Shown: piece after piece, positions 28,301-36,822 of the stretch
Layout: every line of letters starts with the position of its first letter
Position numbering within the stretch: position 1 is the first letter of the stretch
Assembly: GCA_964436595.1 (NCBI GenBank)
Contig: CAYTDI010000006.1
Location: 16,474-80,473, forward strand
DNA: 64,000 nt
Source: an uncultured Eubacterium sp.
GTDB taxonomy: Bacteria > Bacillota > Clostridia > Lachnospirales > Lachnospiraceae
Direction: 5' to 3'
The notes under the pieces: generated by a model
What the model was told of the DNA's origin: nothing
The model's input: the letters and a program-made list of their open reading frames with translations, nothing else
Database searches by the model: none
Position numbers and translations under genes: made by a program

Positions 28301-29345
28301 TTGTAGACACTCCGATAATTCCAATTGTAATGGATTCTAACGGTGTAGTTGTAGGTGTAAATCCCATGGTAACAGTAACCTTTTTCATTCCGTTTTCTAC
28401 CGTTTCTGCCGTTGACTCATCTACTGCCATATCCTTGTTAATGACACCCTGAGCAAAAAACTTCATTTTTAATCCATCCAGTTCATCCGGATAAATAATA
28501 TCAACACTTATCTGATTATAGTTGCTTACATCTGCCGGTGTTGTTGGTGTGTAAGTTACTTTTGCCTCACTCCAGTCAGTTTTTGCATTTGTAGTATAAT
28601 CTAATGCCACCTGTAATCTCTGATTTGCAACATCATATGCAAGTACCGGAACAGAGTTATCACTTCCGCCATGGAAATACTGATATCCTGTTTCTGTTCC
28701 CCAATTTGCGAAATCACTTTCTGTTGCTAAATCAGATAGTACCGTAGGGTCTTTTTCCTCTATCGTTGGTACATCATTTGTATAATTTGTAACTTTTACA
28801 TTGGAGATAGACAAATCTCCTTTAAATCCTACTCCCACAATTTCAAAATCAATCTCCATTAAGGAGGATGGTGTCTTATCCTTAAATTCTACTTGAATAC
28901 TAGCTGTATAGTTTCCATCGTCTCCCAATGTGAAACTATTCTTATCCAAATATGGCCAGGAATCTCCACTGGTATAAACCCAATCTCCCAGCTTGGTTAC
29001 TCCTTGAAATTTTATATGATTTTCATCTGTTGCAAGAGTTGCGTATGCCTCGGCATTGATTGTAACCTGTGCATCTACGTTAAAATTAGCTGTTACCTTA
29101 CGTTCTGCATCATTGGTGTATGCATACGTTACCGTCTTTTTTACACCCCAATCTTCTTCTGTTAAACCAGAAAAATCAATTCCCTCTGCATTCACACTAG
29201 CACTATTTTCATAAATCACTTCGCTAGATGCTGCTTCTGCCTGCAAAGTACCCATTGAAAACATTTGATTTACAGCTGGCACTTGCGCTACTAAAGCTGC
29301 TGCCATCACCCCTGCCAACAGCCTTTTTAAAAATTTCTTGTGCAT
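25389..29345 (-). CDS. Secreted multimodular glycoside hydrolase family 26 (endo-beta-mannanase) with a C-terminal cell-surface anchoring signal
   Basis: 1318 aa with a signal peptide. GH26 motifs FRPLHENTGSWFWWG, VYSPNG, YVDILSFDYY and ISECG. Flanking beta-sandwich (CBM/Ig-like) regions. The C-terminus VKTGDTTNMAGYILLLGLATVVCVGTMKRKKYA looks like a sortase-type sorting signal. Confidence 0.88.
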   Translation of the reverse strand: MHKKFLKRLLAGVMAAALVAQVPAVNQMFSMGTLQAEAASSEVIYENSASVNAEGIDFSGLTEEDWGVKKTVTYAYTNDAERKVTANFNVDAQVTINAEAYATLATDENHIKFQGVTKLGDWVYTSGDSWPYLDKNSFTLGDDGNYTASIQVEFKDKTPSSLMEIDFEIVGVGFKGDLSISNVKVTNYTNDVPTIEEKDPTVLSDLATESDFANWGTETGYQYFHGGSDNSVPVLAYDVANQRLQVALDYTTNAKTDWSEAKVTYTPTTPADVSNYNQISVDIIYPDELDGLKMKFFAQGVINKDMAVDESTAETVENGMKKVTVTMGFTPTTTPLESITIGIIGVSTSFKGNIYMDNLALSQKNATEDFVKITSTPGAGTQANITYSKNTVRIADENADDSAKALFTYLSALSENNQVLFGHQNDVSRSVNPSANLGDVEDVTGSVSGIFGLDSLALTGSEAGGTDAASALANSIAYSKKAAENGAIITLSTHMPNFTNDKIKKNADGSYDFYNCDFGEAKDLSNTCAEQILPGGAYNEVFNAYLDIVANYAKALQQDNIPVIFRPLHENTGSWFWWGSTNSIETYKSLYRYTRDYLESQGVHNMLYVYSPNGPLTSEEEFLTRYPGDEYVDILSFDYYDDYNTYPATSDGSFFESLDKTCEVVSSLAEKKGKIASISECGVRVMKKDGSDNEGLLVKGNPVREEATGTNWYLKVNEIAKKNNMPYFLVWANFSDTNFYVPYKYDDNYGQEMINEFIDFYNDSSSIFGNGTNFYNNIGTLSNVTNEKYTNVHGYMIYPFEMATILEKAELKASVKNAKEVQFVVENTANAKKAVLQASPSAADTTIYTATLDQTTIQQIEATDVATITLVADGVQIAQLKNISLGKEKDKAPVNVIENFDFYSGSNGLLDASYTENSAAGCSAEFLLDADHKNDGTYGGAFHYTLSTTGNEVWTGRIKSSLTANDFSAYNALEMWVQPDGNGQKLVVQLTDGSGEEFEVYLTDFVKGTKAQYVTVPFSSFVGKKGGTLNTSNITKFAVWCNSVVPEGHSGTWDVDSTIYFDGIKGVKINDTDLTKVDKNGLIITDKSLVEETTITPQNPVNPPQDTSDKDILQKIAEAENGETITVPISKENTKVSKDIMEAAKGKDVTLRFEMENGVVWLINGKDIKEAKDIDLSIELNTNNIPQSVISAVGDDKAKFQMQFSLGYEGEFGAEVTVIIPLGQAAVGYYANLYYYNPTTGKLEYIDSVKVGTDGNAVFKLSHASDYVIIVSENNGADLAKKSAQVKTGDTTNMAGYILLLGLATVVCVGTMKRKKYA

Positions 29346-29370
29346 TTCTGTTCTCCTTTTCCCTTTCCGA

Positions 29371-29413
29371 CTAATTGTAATATTTTTTAATTACAATTTT
29401 TAACTACAATTAG
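29371..29413. promoter_or_regulatory. Operator-like cluster of ATTGTAA/TTACAAT half-sites between the GH26 promoter region and its RBS
   Basis: CTAATTGTAAT-N7-AATTACAATT-N4-ACTACAATTAG. Confidence 0.4.
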
Positions 29414-29647
29414 TTCTTTTCAATTTTTATCATTATACTTTTTTAGGTAATTTTAGTCAATATCATACTTTGCACAAAAATATTTTTTAGCTAAATATAC
29501 TATTTTACGATATTTTTTTAAGGTTTTCCTAAGCTATTTTTGTTTATATTGCCTATTTTTATATCATAGGAATTTCATACACTTTCACGCTTTAGCACAG
29601 CATTGAGAGCTGCTTTATAGAAAATTGCAGAAAAATTTCCTATAAAG

Positions 29648-29695
29648 TAAAAGAGGTTTCGCTATATCAGTTACGAAACTAATATAGCGAAACCT
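29648..29695 (-). terminator. Terminator hairpin after ppdK
   Basis: AGGTTTCGCTATAT/ATATAGCGAAACCT 14-bp stem. The T-run on the minus strand is weak. Confidence 0.6.
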
Positions 29696-29714
29696 TGATT
29701 ATCATATAATTATT

Positions 29715-32345
29715 CTACTGTTTTTCTGCGATAGCTGCCTGAGCTGCTGCCAATCTTGCAATTGGTACACGGAATGGTGAACAGGATACATAATCTAATC
29801 CTATCTTATGGCAGAACTCTACGGAAGATGGATCTCCACCGTGTTCTCCACAGATACCAATATGTAAGTTTGGATTTACCGGTTTTCCTAATTTAATGGT
29901 CATTTCCATTAATTTTCCAACACCGGTCTGATCTAATCTTGCAAATGGGTCATTCTCAAAAATCTTAGCATCATAGTAAGCACCTAAGAACTTACCTGCA
30001 TCATCACGAGAGAAACCAAATGTCATCTGCGTTAAATCGTTAGTTCCAAAGCAGAAGAAGTCGGCTTCTTTTGCAATTTCATCAGCAGTTAATGCTGCTC
30101 TTGGAATTTCAATCATAGTACCAACTTCATACTCTAATTTAATACCTGCTGCTGCGATTTCTTCATCTGCTGTTTTTACTACGATTTTCTTTACAAATTT
30201 TAATTCCTTTATTTCTCCAACTAACGGAATCATAATTTCCGGCTTTATATTCCAGTCTGGATGAGCTTTCTGTACATTAATTGCTGCACGAATAACTGCT
30301 CTGGTCTGCATTTTTGCAATTTCCGGATAAGTAACTGCAAGACGGCATCCTCTGTGTCCCATCATTGGGTTGAACTCATGCAAGGAATCAATAATTGCCT
30401 TAATAGTTTCTACTGATTTACCCTGCGCATCTGCTAATTTCTTGATATCCTCTTCCTCTGTCGGAACAAATTCATGTAAAGGCGGATCTAAGAAACGAAT
30501 GGTAACCGGATTACCTTCCAATGCTTCATACAATTTTTCAAAATCACTCTGCTGTACCGGTAAAATTTTTGCAAGTGCTGCTTCTCTTTCTTCTACGGTA
30601 TCAGAACAAATCATTTCACGGAACGCATCAATTCTGTCTCCTTCAAAGAACATATGCTCTGTACGGCAAAGTCCAATACCTTCTGCTCCAAGCTCTCGTG
30701 CTTTTTTTGCATCTGCCGGAGTATCTGCATTAGTTCTTACTTTTAATTTTCTATATTTATCTGCCCAGCCCATAATTCTTCCAAACTCTCCTGCAATGGT
30801 TGCATCTACGGTTGGAATCTGACCATCGTAAATATTTCCGGTAGAACCATCTAAGGATAAATAATCACCCTCATGGTATTCTTTACCTGCTAAAGTAAAC
30901 TTCTTATTTTCTTCATCCATGACAATATCGCCACATCCCGATACACAGCAGGTTCCCATACCACGAGCAACAACAGCCGCATGACTTGTCATACCACCAC
31001 GCACGGTCAAGATACCTTGTGCTGCTTTCATACCTTCAATATCTTCCGGAGATGTTTCCAAACGAACCAGTACTACTTTTTCTCCTTTTGCAGCCCAGTT
31101 CTTTGCATCCTCGGCTGTAAATACAATTTTACCACACGCAGCTCCCGGAGATGCTCCTAAAGCCTTTCCAGCCGGTACTGCTGCCTTTAATGCTGCCGCA
31201 TCAAACTGTGGGTGTAATAATGTATCTAAATTACGAGGATCAATCATAGCTACTGCCTCTTCCTCGTTTCTCATTTGTTCATCTACTAAATCACACGCAA
31301 TCTTTAATGCTGCCTGTGCTGTTCTCTTACCATTACGAGTCTGAAGCATATATAACTGACAGTGCTCTACGGTAAACTCCATGTCCTGCATATCTCTGTA
31401 ATGTGCCTCTAAGGTATTGCACACAATCTTAAACTGTGCATATGCCTTTGGGAATTTTTCTTCCATCTCAGAAATCTTCATTGGTGTACGAACACCGGCA
31501 ACAACATCTTCACCTTGTGCATTGGTAAGGAATTCTCCAAATAATCCCTTTTCTCCGGTTGCCGGGTCACGAGTAAATGCAACACCGGTACCACAATCTT
31601 CGCCCATATTTCCGAATACCATTGCCTGTACATTAACCGCTGTTCCCCAAGAATATGGAATATCGTTATCACGACGATATACATTTGCACGAGGGTTATC
31701 CCATGAACGAAATACTGCTTTGATTGCTCCCATTAACTGTTCTTTTGGATCATCTGGGAAATCAACTCCGATTTTTGATTTATATTCAGCTTTAAATTGG
31801 TTTGCTAATTCTTTTAAATCCTCTGCAGTTAATTCTACGTCTTGCTTCACACCACGGTCAGCTTTCATTTTATCGATTAATTCTTCAAAGTATTTCTTAC
31901 CAACTTCCATAACTACATCTGAATACATCTGTATAAATCTTCTATAACAATCCCAAGCCCATCTTGGATTGTTGGATTGTTCCGCAATAACATTTACAAC
32001 TTCTTCATTTAAACCAAGATTCAATATCGTATCCATCATACCCGGCATAGAAGCTCGTGCACCTGAACGAACGGAAACAAGAAGTGGATTTTCCTTATCT
32101 CCAAACTTCTTACCTGTAATCTGTTCCATTTTACCTATGTACTCATTTATCTGAGATTGAATTTCATCATTAATTTCTCTTCCATCCTCATAATACTGTG
32201 TACAAGCTTCTGTGGTAATGGTAAAACCCTGTGGTACAGGAAGACCGATATTTGTCATTTCTGCCAGATTCGCACCTTTACCTCCAAGAAGTTCTCGCAT
32301 GTTTGCATTTCCCTCTGTAAATAAATAAACCCACTTGTTAGCCAT
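29715..32345 (-). CDS. ppdK: Pyruvate, phosphate dikinase
   Basis: 876 aa. Phosphohistidine region GGMTSHAAVVARG and a PEP-utilising C-terminal domain (GLCRTEHMF, FFCFGTNDLTQ). Confidence 0.97.
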   Translation of the reverse strand: MANKWVYLFTEGNANMRELLGGKGANLAEMTNIGLPVPQGFTITTEACTQYYEDGREINDEIQSQINEYIGKMEQITGKKFGDKENPLLVSVRSGARASMPGMMDTILNLGLNEEVVNVIAEQSNNPRWAWDCYRRFIQMYSDVVMEVGKKYFEELIDKMKADRGVKQDVELTAEDLKELANQFKAEYKSKIGVDFPDDPKEQLMGAIKAVFRSWDNPRANVYRRDNDIPYSWGTAVNVQAMVFGNMGEDCGTGVAFTRDPATGEKGLFGEFLTNAQGEDVVAGVRTPMKISEMEEKFPKAYAQFKIVCNTLEAHYRDMQDMEFTVEHCQLYMLQTRNGKRTAQAALKIACDLVDEQMRNEEEAVAMIDPRNLDTLLHPQFDAAALKAAVPAGKALGASPGAACGKIVFTAEDAKNWAAKGEKVVLVRLETSPEDIEGMKAAQGILTVRGGMTSHAAVVARGMGTCCVSGCGDIVMDEENKKFTLAGKEYHEGDYLSLDGSTGNIYDGQIPTVDATIAGEFGRIMGWADKYRKLKVRTNADTPADAKKARELGAEGIGLCRTEHMFFEGDRIDAFREMICSDTVEEREAALAKILPVQQSDFEKLYEALEGNPVTIRFLDPPLHEFVPTEEEDIKKLADAQGKSVETIKAIIDSLHEFNPMMGHRGCRLAVTYPEIAKMQTRAVIRAAINVQKAHPDWNIKPEIMIPLVGEIKELKFVKKIVVKTADEEIAAAGIKLEYEVGTMIEIPRAALTADEIAKEADFFCFGTNDLTQMTFGFSRDDAGKFLGAYYDAKIFENDPFARLDQTGVGKLMEMTIKLGKPVNPNLHIGICGEHGGDPSSVEFCHKIGLDYVSCSPFRVPIARLAAAQAAIAEKQ

Positions 32346-32665
32346 TTGAAATACCTCCTAAATTTTAGTAGTTTGGGTTATTCTTGTAAAACACATTATA
32401 CATATTTTACAAATACACCAGTGAAGTCACCTTCATTTAAGTATATTTTAACATATTATCCAATAATATCAATACTATTTTTGTGTTTTATTTGTTATAT
32501 TTAGTGAAAAAATTATTGCATTTAGTCTTTTTTTACACAAAAGATAACAACAACCCCTGTACATTTACCGAAACATTTTGTTGTTTTTTGCTTTTTTACA
32601 ATATAATTATAATATATTCTAACGAAAATTATGCACTTTTACGCTTTTATGTAATATGAATTTTC

Positions 32666-32709
32666 AAAAAAGAGAGTATGATATCCGAACAATACCATAC
32701 TCTCTTTTT
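32666..32709 (-). terminator. Intrinsic terminator of glyQS
   Basis: AAAAAGAGAGTATG/CATACTCTCTTTTT 14-bp stem. Confidence 0.85.
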
Positions 32710-32721
32710 ACATCTTAAAAT

Positions 32722-34119
32722 TTAAAATTCAAATTTTTTCGCAAAATATGCATCTAATTCTTCAATTTTTACTCTTTCCTGCTCCATAGTATCACGGTCA
32801 CGAACAGTTACTGCATGATCTTCTTCTGATTCAAAATCATAAGTAATACAGAATGGTGTACCAATTTCATCCTGTCTTCTGTAACGTTTTCCAATATTAC
32901 CTCTATCATCAAATTCACAGTTGTATTTCTTAGCAAGCTGTGCGTAAACTTTTTCTGCACCCTCGTTCAACTTCTTTGACAATGGTAAGATACCAATTTT
33001 AACGGGAGCTAATGCCGGATGGAAATGAAGAACAGTTCTCATATCCGGTTTTTCTTCTGTTCCGATATTTTCTTCATCATATGCAGCACAAAGGAATGCT
33101 AATACCACTCTATCTGCTCCTAAAGATGGTTCAATTACATATGGAATATATTTTTCTTTCTTCTCATCATCAAAATAGGTCATATCCTGTCCGGAAGTGT
33201 TCTGATGCTGTGTTAAATCATAGTCCGTACGGTCTGCAATTCCCCATAATTCTCCCCAGCCAAATGGGAATAAGAATTCAATATCGGTGGTTGCTTTACT
33301 ATAAAAGCAAAGCTCCTCTGCATCATGGTCACGAGCTCTCATTTCATCATCCTTAATACCAAGACTCTTTAACCAATTAATACAGTAGCTTCTCCAGTAT
33401 GTAAACCACTCTAAATCTGTTCCCGGTTCACAGAAAAATTCTAATTCCATCTGCTCAAATTCTCTGGTACGGAATGTAAAGTTACCCGGAGTAATCTCGT
33501 TACGGAAAGACTTACCAATCTGGCCAATTCCAAATGGGATTTTCTTACGGGATGTTCTCTGAACATTTTTAAAGTTTACAAAAATACCCTGTGCTGTTTC
33601 AGGTCTTAAATATACGGTGTTCTTAGCATCTTCTGTAACACCCTGGAAAGTCTTAAACATTAAGTTAAACTGACGAATATCTGTAAAGTTATGCTTTCCA
33701 CAAGTTGGACATGGAATCTGATTGTCATTAATAAACTGCATCATTTCTTCCTGACTCCATCCATCTACGGAACTTCTCAATTCGATATTCTTTTCTTGTG
33801 CAAATTCCTCTATAATCTTATCTGCACGAAAACGCTCATGACATTCTTTACAATCCATTAATGGATCGGAAAATCCGCCCAAATGTCCAGATGCTACCCA
33901 AGTCTGTGGGTTCATCAAAATAGCACAATCTACACCTACATTATAAGGATTTTCCATAACGAACTTCTGCCACCATGCCTTTTTAACATTGTTTTTTAAT
34001 TCAACACCAAGATTTCCATAATCCCAAGTATTTGCCAATCCGCCATAAATTTCAGAACCCGGATATACAAAACCTCTTGCCTTTGCTAACGCCACGATTT
34101 TTTCCATTGTCTTTTCCAT
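32722..34119 (-). CDS. glyQS: Glycine--tRNA ligase (alpha2 homodimeric type)
   Basis: 465 aa. Class II aaRS motifs: [20 protein letters not shown] and FRNEITP. Confidence 0.97.
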   Translation of the reverse strand: MEKTMEKIVALAKARGFVYPGSEIYGGLANTWDYGNLGVELKNNVKKAWWQKFVMENPYNVGVDCAILMNPQTWVASGHLGGFSDPLMDCKECHERFRADKIIEEFAQEKNIELRSSVDGWSQEEMMQFINDNQIPCPTCGKHNFTDIRQFNLMFKTFQGVTEDAKNTVYLRPETAQGIFVNFKNVQRTSRKKIPFGIGQIGKSFRNEITPGNFTFRTREFEQMELEFFCEPGTDLEWFTYWRSYCINWLKSLGIKDDEMRARDHDAEELCFYSKATTDIEFLFPFGWGELWGIADRTDYDLTQHQNTSGQDMTYFDDEKKEKYIPYVIEPSLGADRVVLAFLCAAYDEENIGTEEKPDMRTVLHFHPALAPVKIGILPLSKKLNEGAEKVYAQLAKKYNCEFDDRGNIGKRYRRQDEIGTPFCITYDFESEEDHAVTVRDRDTMEQERVKIEELDAYFAKKFEF

Positions 34120-34146
34120 TCTCGCTACCTCTTTCTATCTGTTCTT

Positions 34147-34767
34147 TTATTCATACACAATATATACCAAAGATAAATCCTCGCCATCTTCCGCATCCTC
34201 TGGTAATTTAATGGACACTGTATCCTTCGCTTTCATAGACGTATAATCAGAAGATATGTACTTTACAGTTCCATCTACTTTTACATCAATCTTCTCACTT
34301 AAAACTATAACTTTATAATCAGACTCTTTTATCTTGCTGCTGTCTGTTTCACCGGAGGCCTTACCATCCTTTACTGTTGTAAATCCGGTTTCAAAGTCAT
34401 ATCCGGCAGCCAACGCCTGTGGTACGGTTCCTGCAAACAATGTAACATTGTTCAATTCCTGATAATCTTCGTACCCGGCATATTTCATCAAAAGCTCCGC
34501 CTTTCCTTTTTTTACGGAAAAGTCACTTACTTTCGCACTATCCTTGTCGTTTTTCTTCTGATACGCTTCTACCTTTTCATTGATAAAATCTTCCAACTCT
34601 TTCTCATCATAGTTATCCTTGTCTAAGGTTTCAATGGATGCAGCTATGATATTTCCCTTTTCTTTTACATATACAGTACTACAATCTACGTCAAGGGAAT
34701 CCCCGCAGCCTGTCAACAATCCGGCTATCATAATACATACCAAACTGCTGGATATTATTTTCTTCAT
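34147..34767 (-). CDS. Lipoprotein, function unknown
   Basis: 206 aa. Lipobox LTGCGDS. Confidence 0.7.
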   Translation of the reverse strand: MKKIISSSLVCIMIAGLLTGCGDSLDVDCSTVYVKEKGNIIAASIETLDKDNYDEKELEDFINEKVEAYQKKNDKDSAKVSDFSVKKGKAELLMKYAGYEDYQELNNVTLFAGTVPQALAAGYDFETGFTTVKDGKASGETDSSKIKESDYKVIVLSEKIDVKVDGTVKYISSDYTSMKAKDTVSIKLPEDAEDGEDLSLVYIVYE

Positions 34768-34861
34768 AACATTCCTCCTAAAGTCTAAACGTGAATACTA
34801 AATATTATACCCTTTCCCCCCATTTATTGCAACTGCTATCTTTCACCTTTTTCTTTTATTG

Positions 34862-35635
34862 TTACAGGGTAACATCTCTGATTCCAGCTTCAAATCCTTG
34901 ATTTTGCTCTAGCACTTGTAAGGAATGAAATCTGCGGTCAATATACGTTTTCATATATTCCGTCATAATTCTTTCTAACTTTTCTAATACTTCTTCCGAA
35001 ACGGTAAATGTATACAATTTCTCAATACTGGATGTAATAATGTACTGCATAGTATAAAGTGTGGATTCATTTACGGAAAAAGACGGCACTCCTTTTGCGC
35101 AATTGGCACATAAGGTTCCGCCGCTTTTTACATGAAAAGATGTCAAATTTTCTTTTGTTCCACACTTTAAACAAGAAAACACATTGGGATATTCTCCGTT
35201 AATTACCATTGCTTTTAACTCAAAAATCCGTCGCACCAAACGATTATTTAAATGTGCATTTTCTAATGCCCGAAGTGATTGATATAACAATTTCAGCATA
35301 TGTATTTCATCCGCATTTTCCCTTCCATAATAATCTGCAATTTCCATAAAATAAAAGCCGAAATAAGCTGCATCTAAATCCATGGTAAGTTCACGGAAAT
35401 AATTAGAAATATCTGCTTTCACTACCGTATAGGAGCTGCGCCCCTCATAAGCCTCAAACTGTCCAAAGGAAAAAGGATTGCTGGCTGCCATCATCTGGCT
35501 GTTCGGTCTTCTTGCTCCTCGGGCAAATGCCGAAATCTTTCCTCTTTCCCTGGTCAGAAGCGTTATTCTCTTGTCATATTCGCCCACCGGGACCGCTGAT
35601 AACACCATGCCCGTCAGCACTATGGTCTGCCCCAT
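34862..35635 (-). CDS. recO: DNA repair protein RecO
   Basis: 257 aa. OB-fold N-terminus (GEYDKRITLLTRERGKISAFARGARR) and a Cys4 zinc motif (CLKCG...CANC). Confidence 0.9.
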   Translation of the reverse strand: MGQTIVLTGMVLSAVPVGEYDKRITLLTRERGKISAFARGARRPNSQMMAASNPFSFGQFEAYEGRSSYTVVKADISNYFRELTMDLDAAYFGFYFMEIADYYGRENADEIHMLKLLYQSLRALENAHLNNRLVRRIFELKAMVINGEYPNVFSCLKCGTKENLTSFHVKSGGTLCANCAKGVPSFSVNESTLYTMQYIITSSIEKLYTFTVSEEVLEKLERIMTEYMKTYIDRRFHSLQVLEQNQGFEAGIRDVTL

Positions 35636-35771
35636 ATATTGCCACGCTCCTGCCTTTTTCTTCTTGTTCTATCATAGAGGATGTAGCACCACCCTCCATA
35701 TGTCCTTTATAACTTAAATAATCTTCAATTCTTCCTGTACTTTCAAATTTCATCCATTCTGGTTCTATCAT
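35574..35771 (-). CDS. YqzL-like small protein
   Basis: The N-terminus EWMKFESTGRIEDYLSYK matches the YqzL-family pattern that is usual between era and recO. The ORF tail overlaps the recO start by 62 nt. Confidence 0.5.
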   Translation of the reverse strand: MIEPEWMKFESTGRIEDYLSYKGHMEGGATSSMIEQEEKGRSVAIYGADHSADGHGVISGPGGRI

Positions 35772-35862
35772 GTTTGATTCCCCCTTGTACTTTTGTTTTC
35801 TATACTCTTAGGTTGTCCCTGAACATGATAGATAATACCAGATAAAAAATGGCAAATTTAGT

Positions 35863-35893
35863 AACAAAGAGTCCGCTCGCCGGACTCTTTGTT
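35863..35893 (-). terminator. Hairpin at the era stop codon
   Basis: AACAAAGAGTCCG-N5-CGGACTCTTTGTT. Confidence 0.6.
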
Positions 35894-36804
35894 TAATAAT
35901 CCTCGTCTTCACGATAACCAAAGTTCTTAATCAAAAAGTCACTGTCTCGCCAATCTTTTTTCACCTTTACCCAAAGCTTTAAATTCACTTTACTATCTAA
36001 CAGACGTTCAATCTCATATCTGGCATTTGTTCCGATTTTTTTCAGCATATTTCCACCTTTTCCGATAATAATGCCCTTATGTGAATCACGCTCACAGATA
36101 ATGGTTGCATCAATATCTATGAGTTTTCCATTTTCACGTTCTTTCATACGTTCAATGGTAACTGCTATTCCGTGTGGAATTTCTTCACTTAATGCATGAA
36201 GTGCTTTTTCACGAATTAATTCCGCAACAATCTGACGTTCTGGCTGGTCTGTAATAGTATCTTCATCATAGAACATTGGTCCGTATGGAAGATACTTAAA
36301 AATCAAATCAACCAGAATATCCGTATTCTGCCCACGCAATGCCGAAAGTGGAACAATCTCCGCAAAATCATATTCTTTCCGATAGGTATCAATATAAGAA
36401 AGTATTTCTTCTTTTTTTACCATATCTGTTTTATTGATTACTAAAATAACCGGTGTCTTTACCCTACGCAGTTTTTCTAATATATGCTGTTCTCCTGCTC
36501 CAATATAATTGCTGGGTTCTACCAGCCAAAGTACCACATCTACTTCATTTAACGTACGTTCTGCAACATTTACCATGTATTCACCAAGCTTATTTTTTGC
36601 CTTGTGAATACCCGGTGTATCCAAAAATACAATCTGTCCCTTTTCTTCATCCGTGTATACCGTTTGAATACGATTTCTGGTAGTCTGTGGCTTTTTGGAA
36701 GTAATCGCAATTTTTTGACCAATCAAGCGATTCATCAACGTAGACTTTCCTACATTTGGTCTTCCAATTAATGTTACAAATCCTGACTTAAAACTTTGCT
36801 TCAT
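35893..36804 (-). CDS. era: GTPase Era
   Basis: 303 aa. G1 GRPNVGKST, DTPG, NKTD and a KH domain. Confidence 0.95.
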   Translation of the reverse strand: MKQSFKSGFVTLIGRPNVGKSTLMNRLIGQKIAITSKKPQTTRNRIQTVYTDEEKGQIVFLDTPGIHKAKNKLGEYMVNVAERTLNEVDVVLWLVEPSNYIGAGEQHILEKLRRVKTPVILVINKTDMVKKEEILSYIDTYRKEYDFAEIVPLSALRGQNTDILVDLIFKYLPYGPMFYDEDTITDQPERQIVAELIREKALHALSEEIPHGIAVTIERMKERENGKLIDIDATIICERDSHKGIIIGKGGNMLKKIGTNARYEIERLLDSKVNLKLWVKVKKDWRDSDFLIKNFGYREDEDY

Positions 36805-36822
36805 ACTTTTCTCCCTTAATCC

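Noticed and set aside
34120-34861. Looked for a Gly T-box upstream of glyQS
   Set aside because: glyQS starts 27 nt after the upstream lipoprotein gene, and the 94-nt spacer before that gene has no T-box elements.
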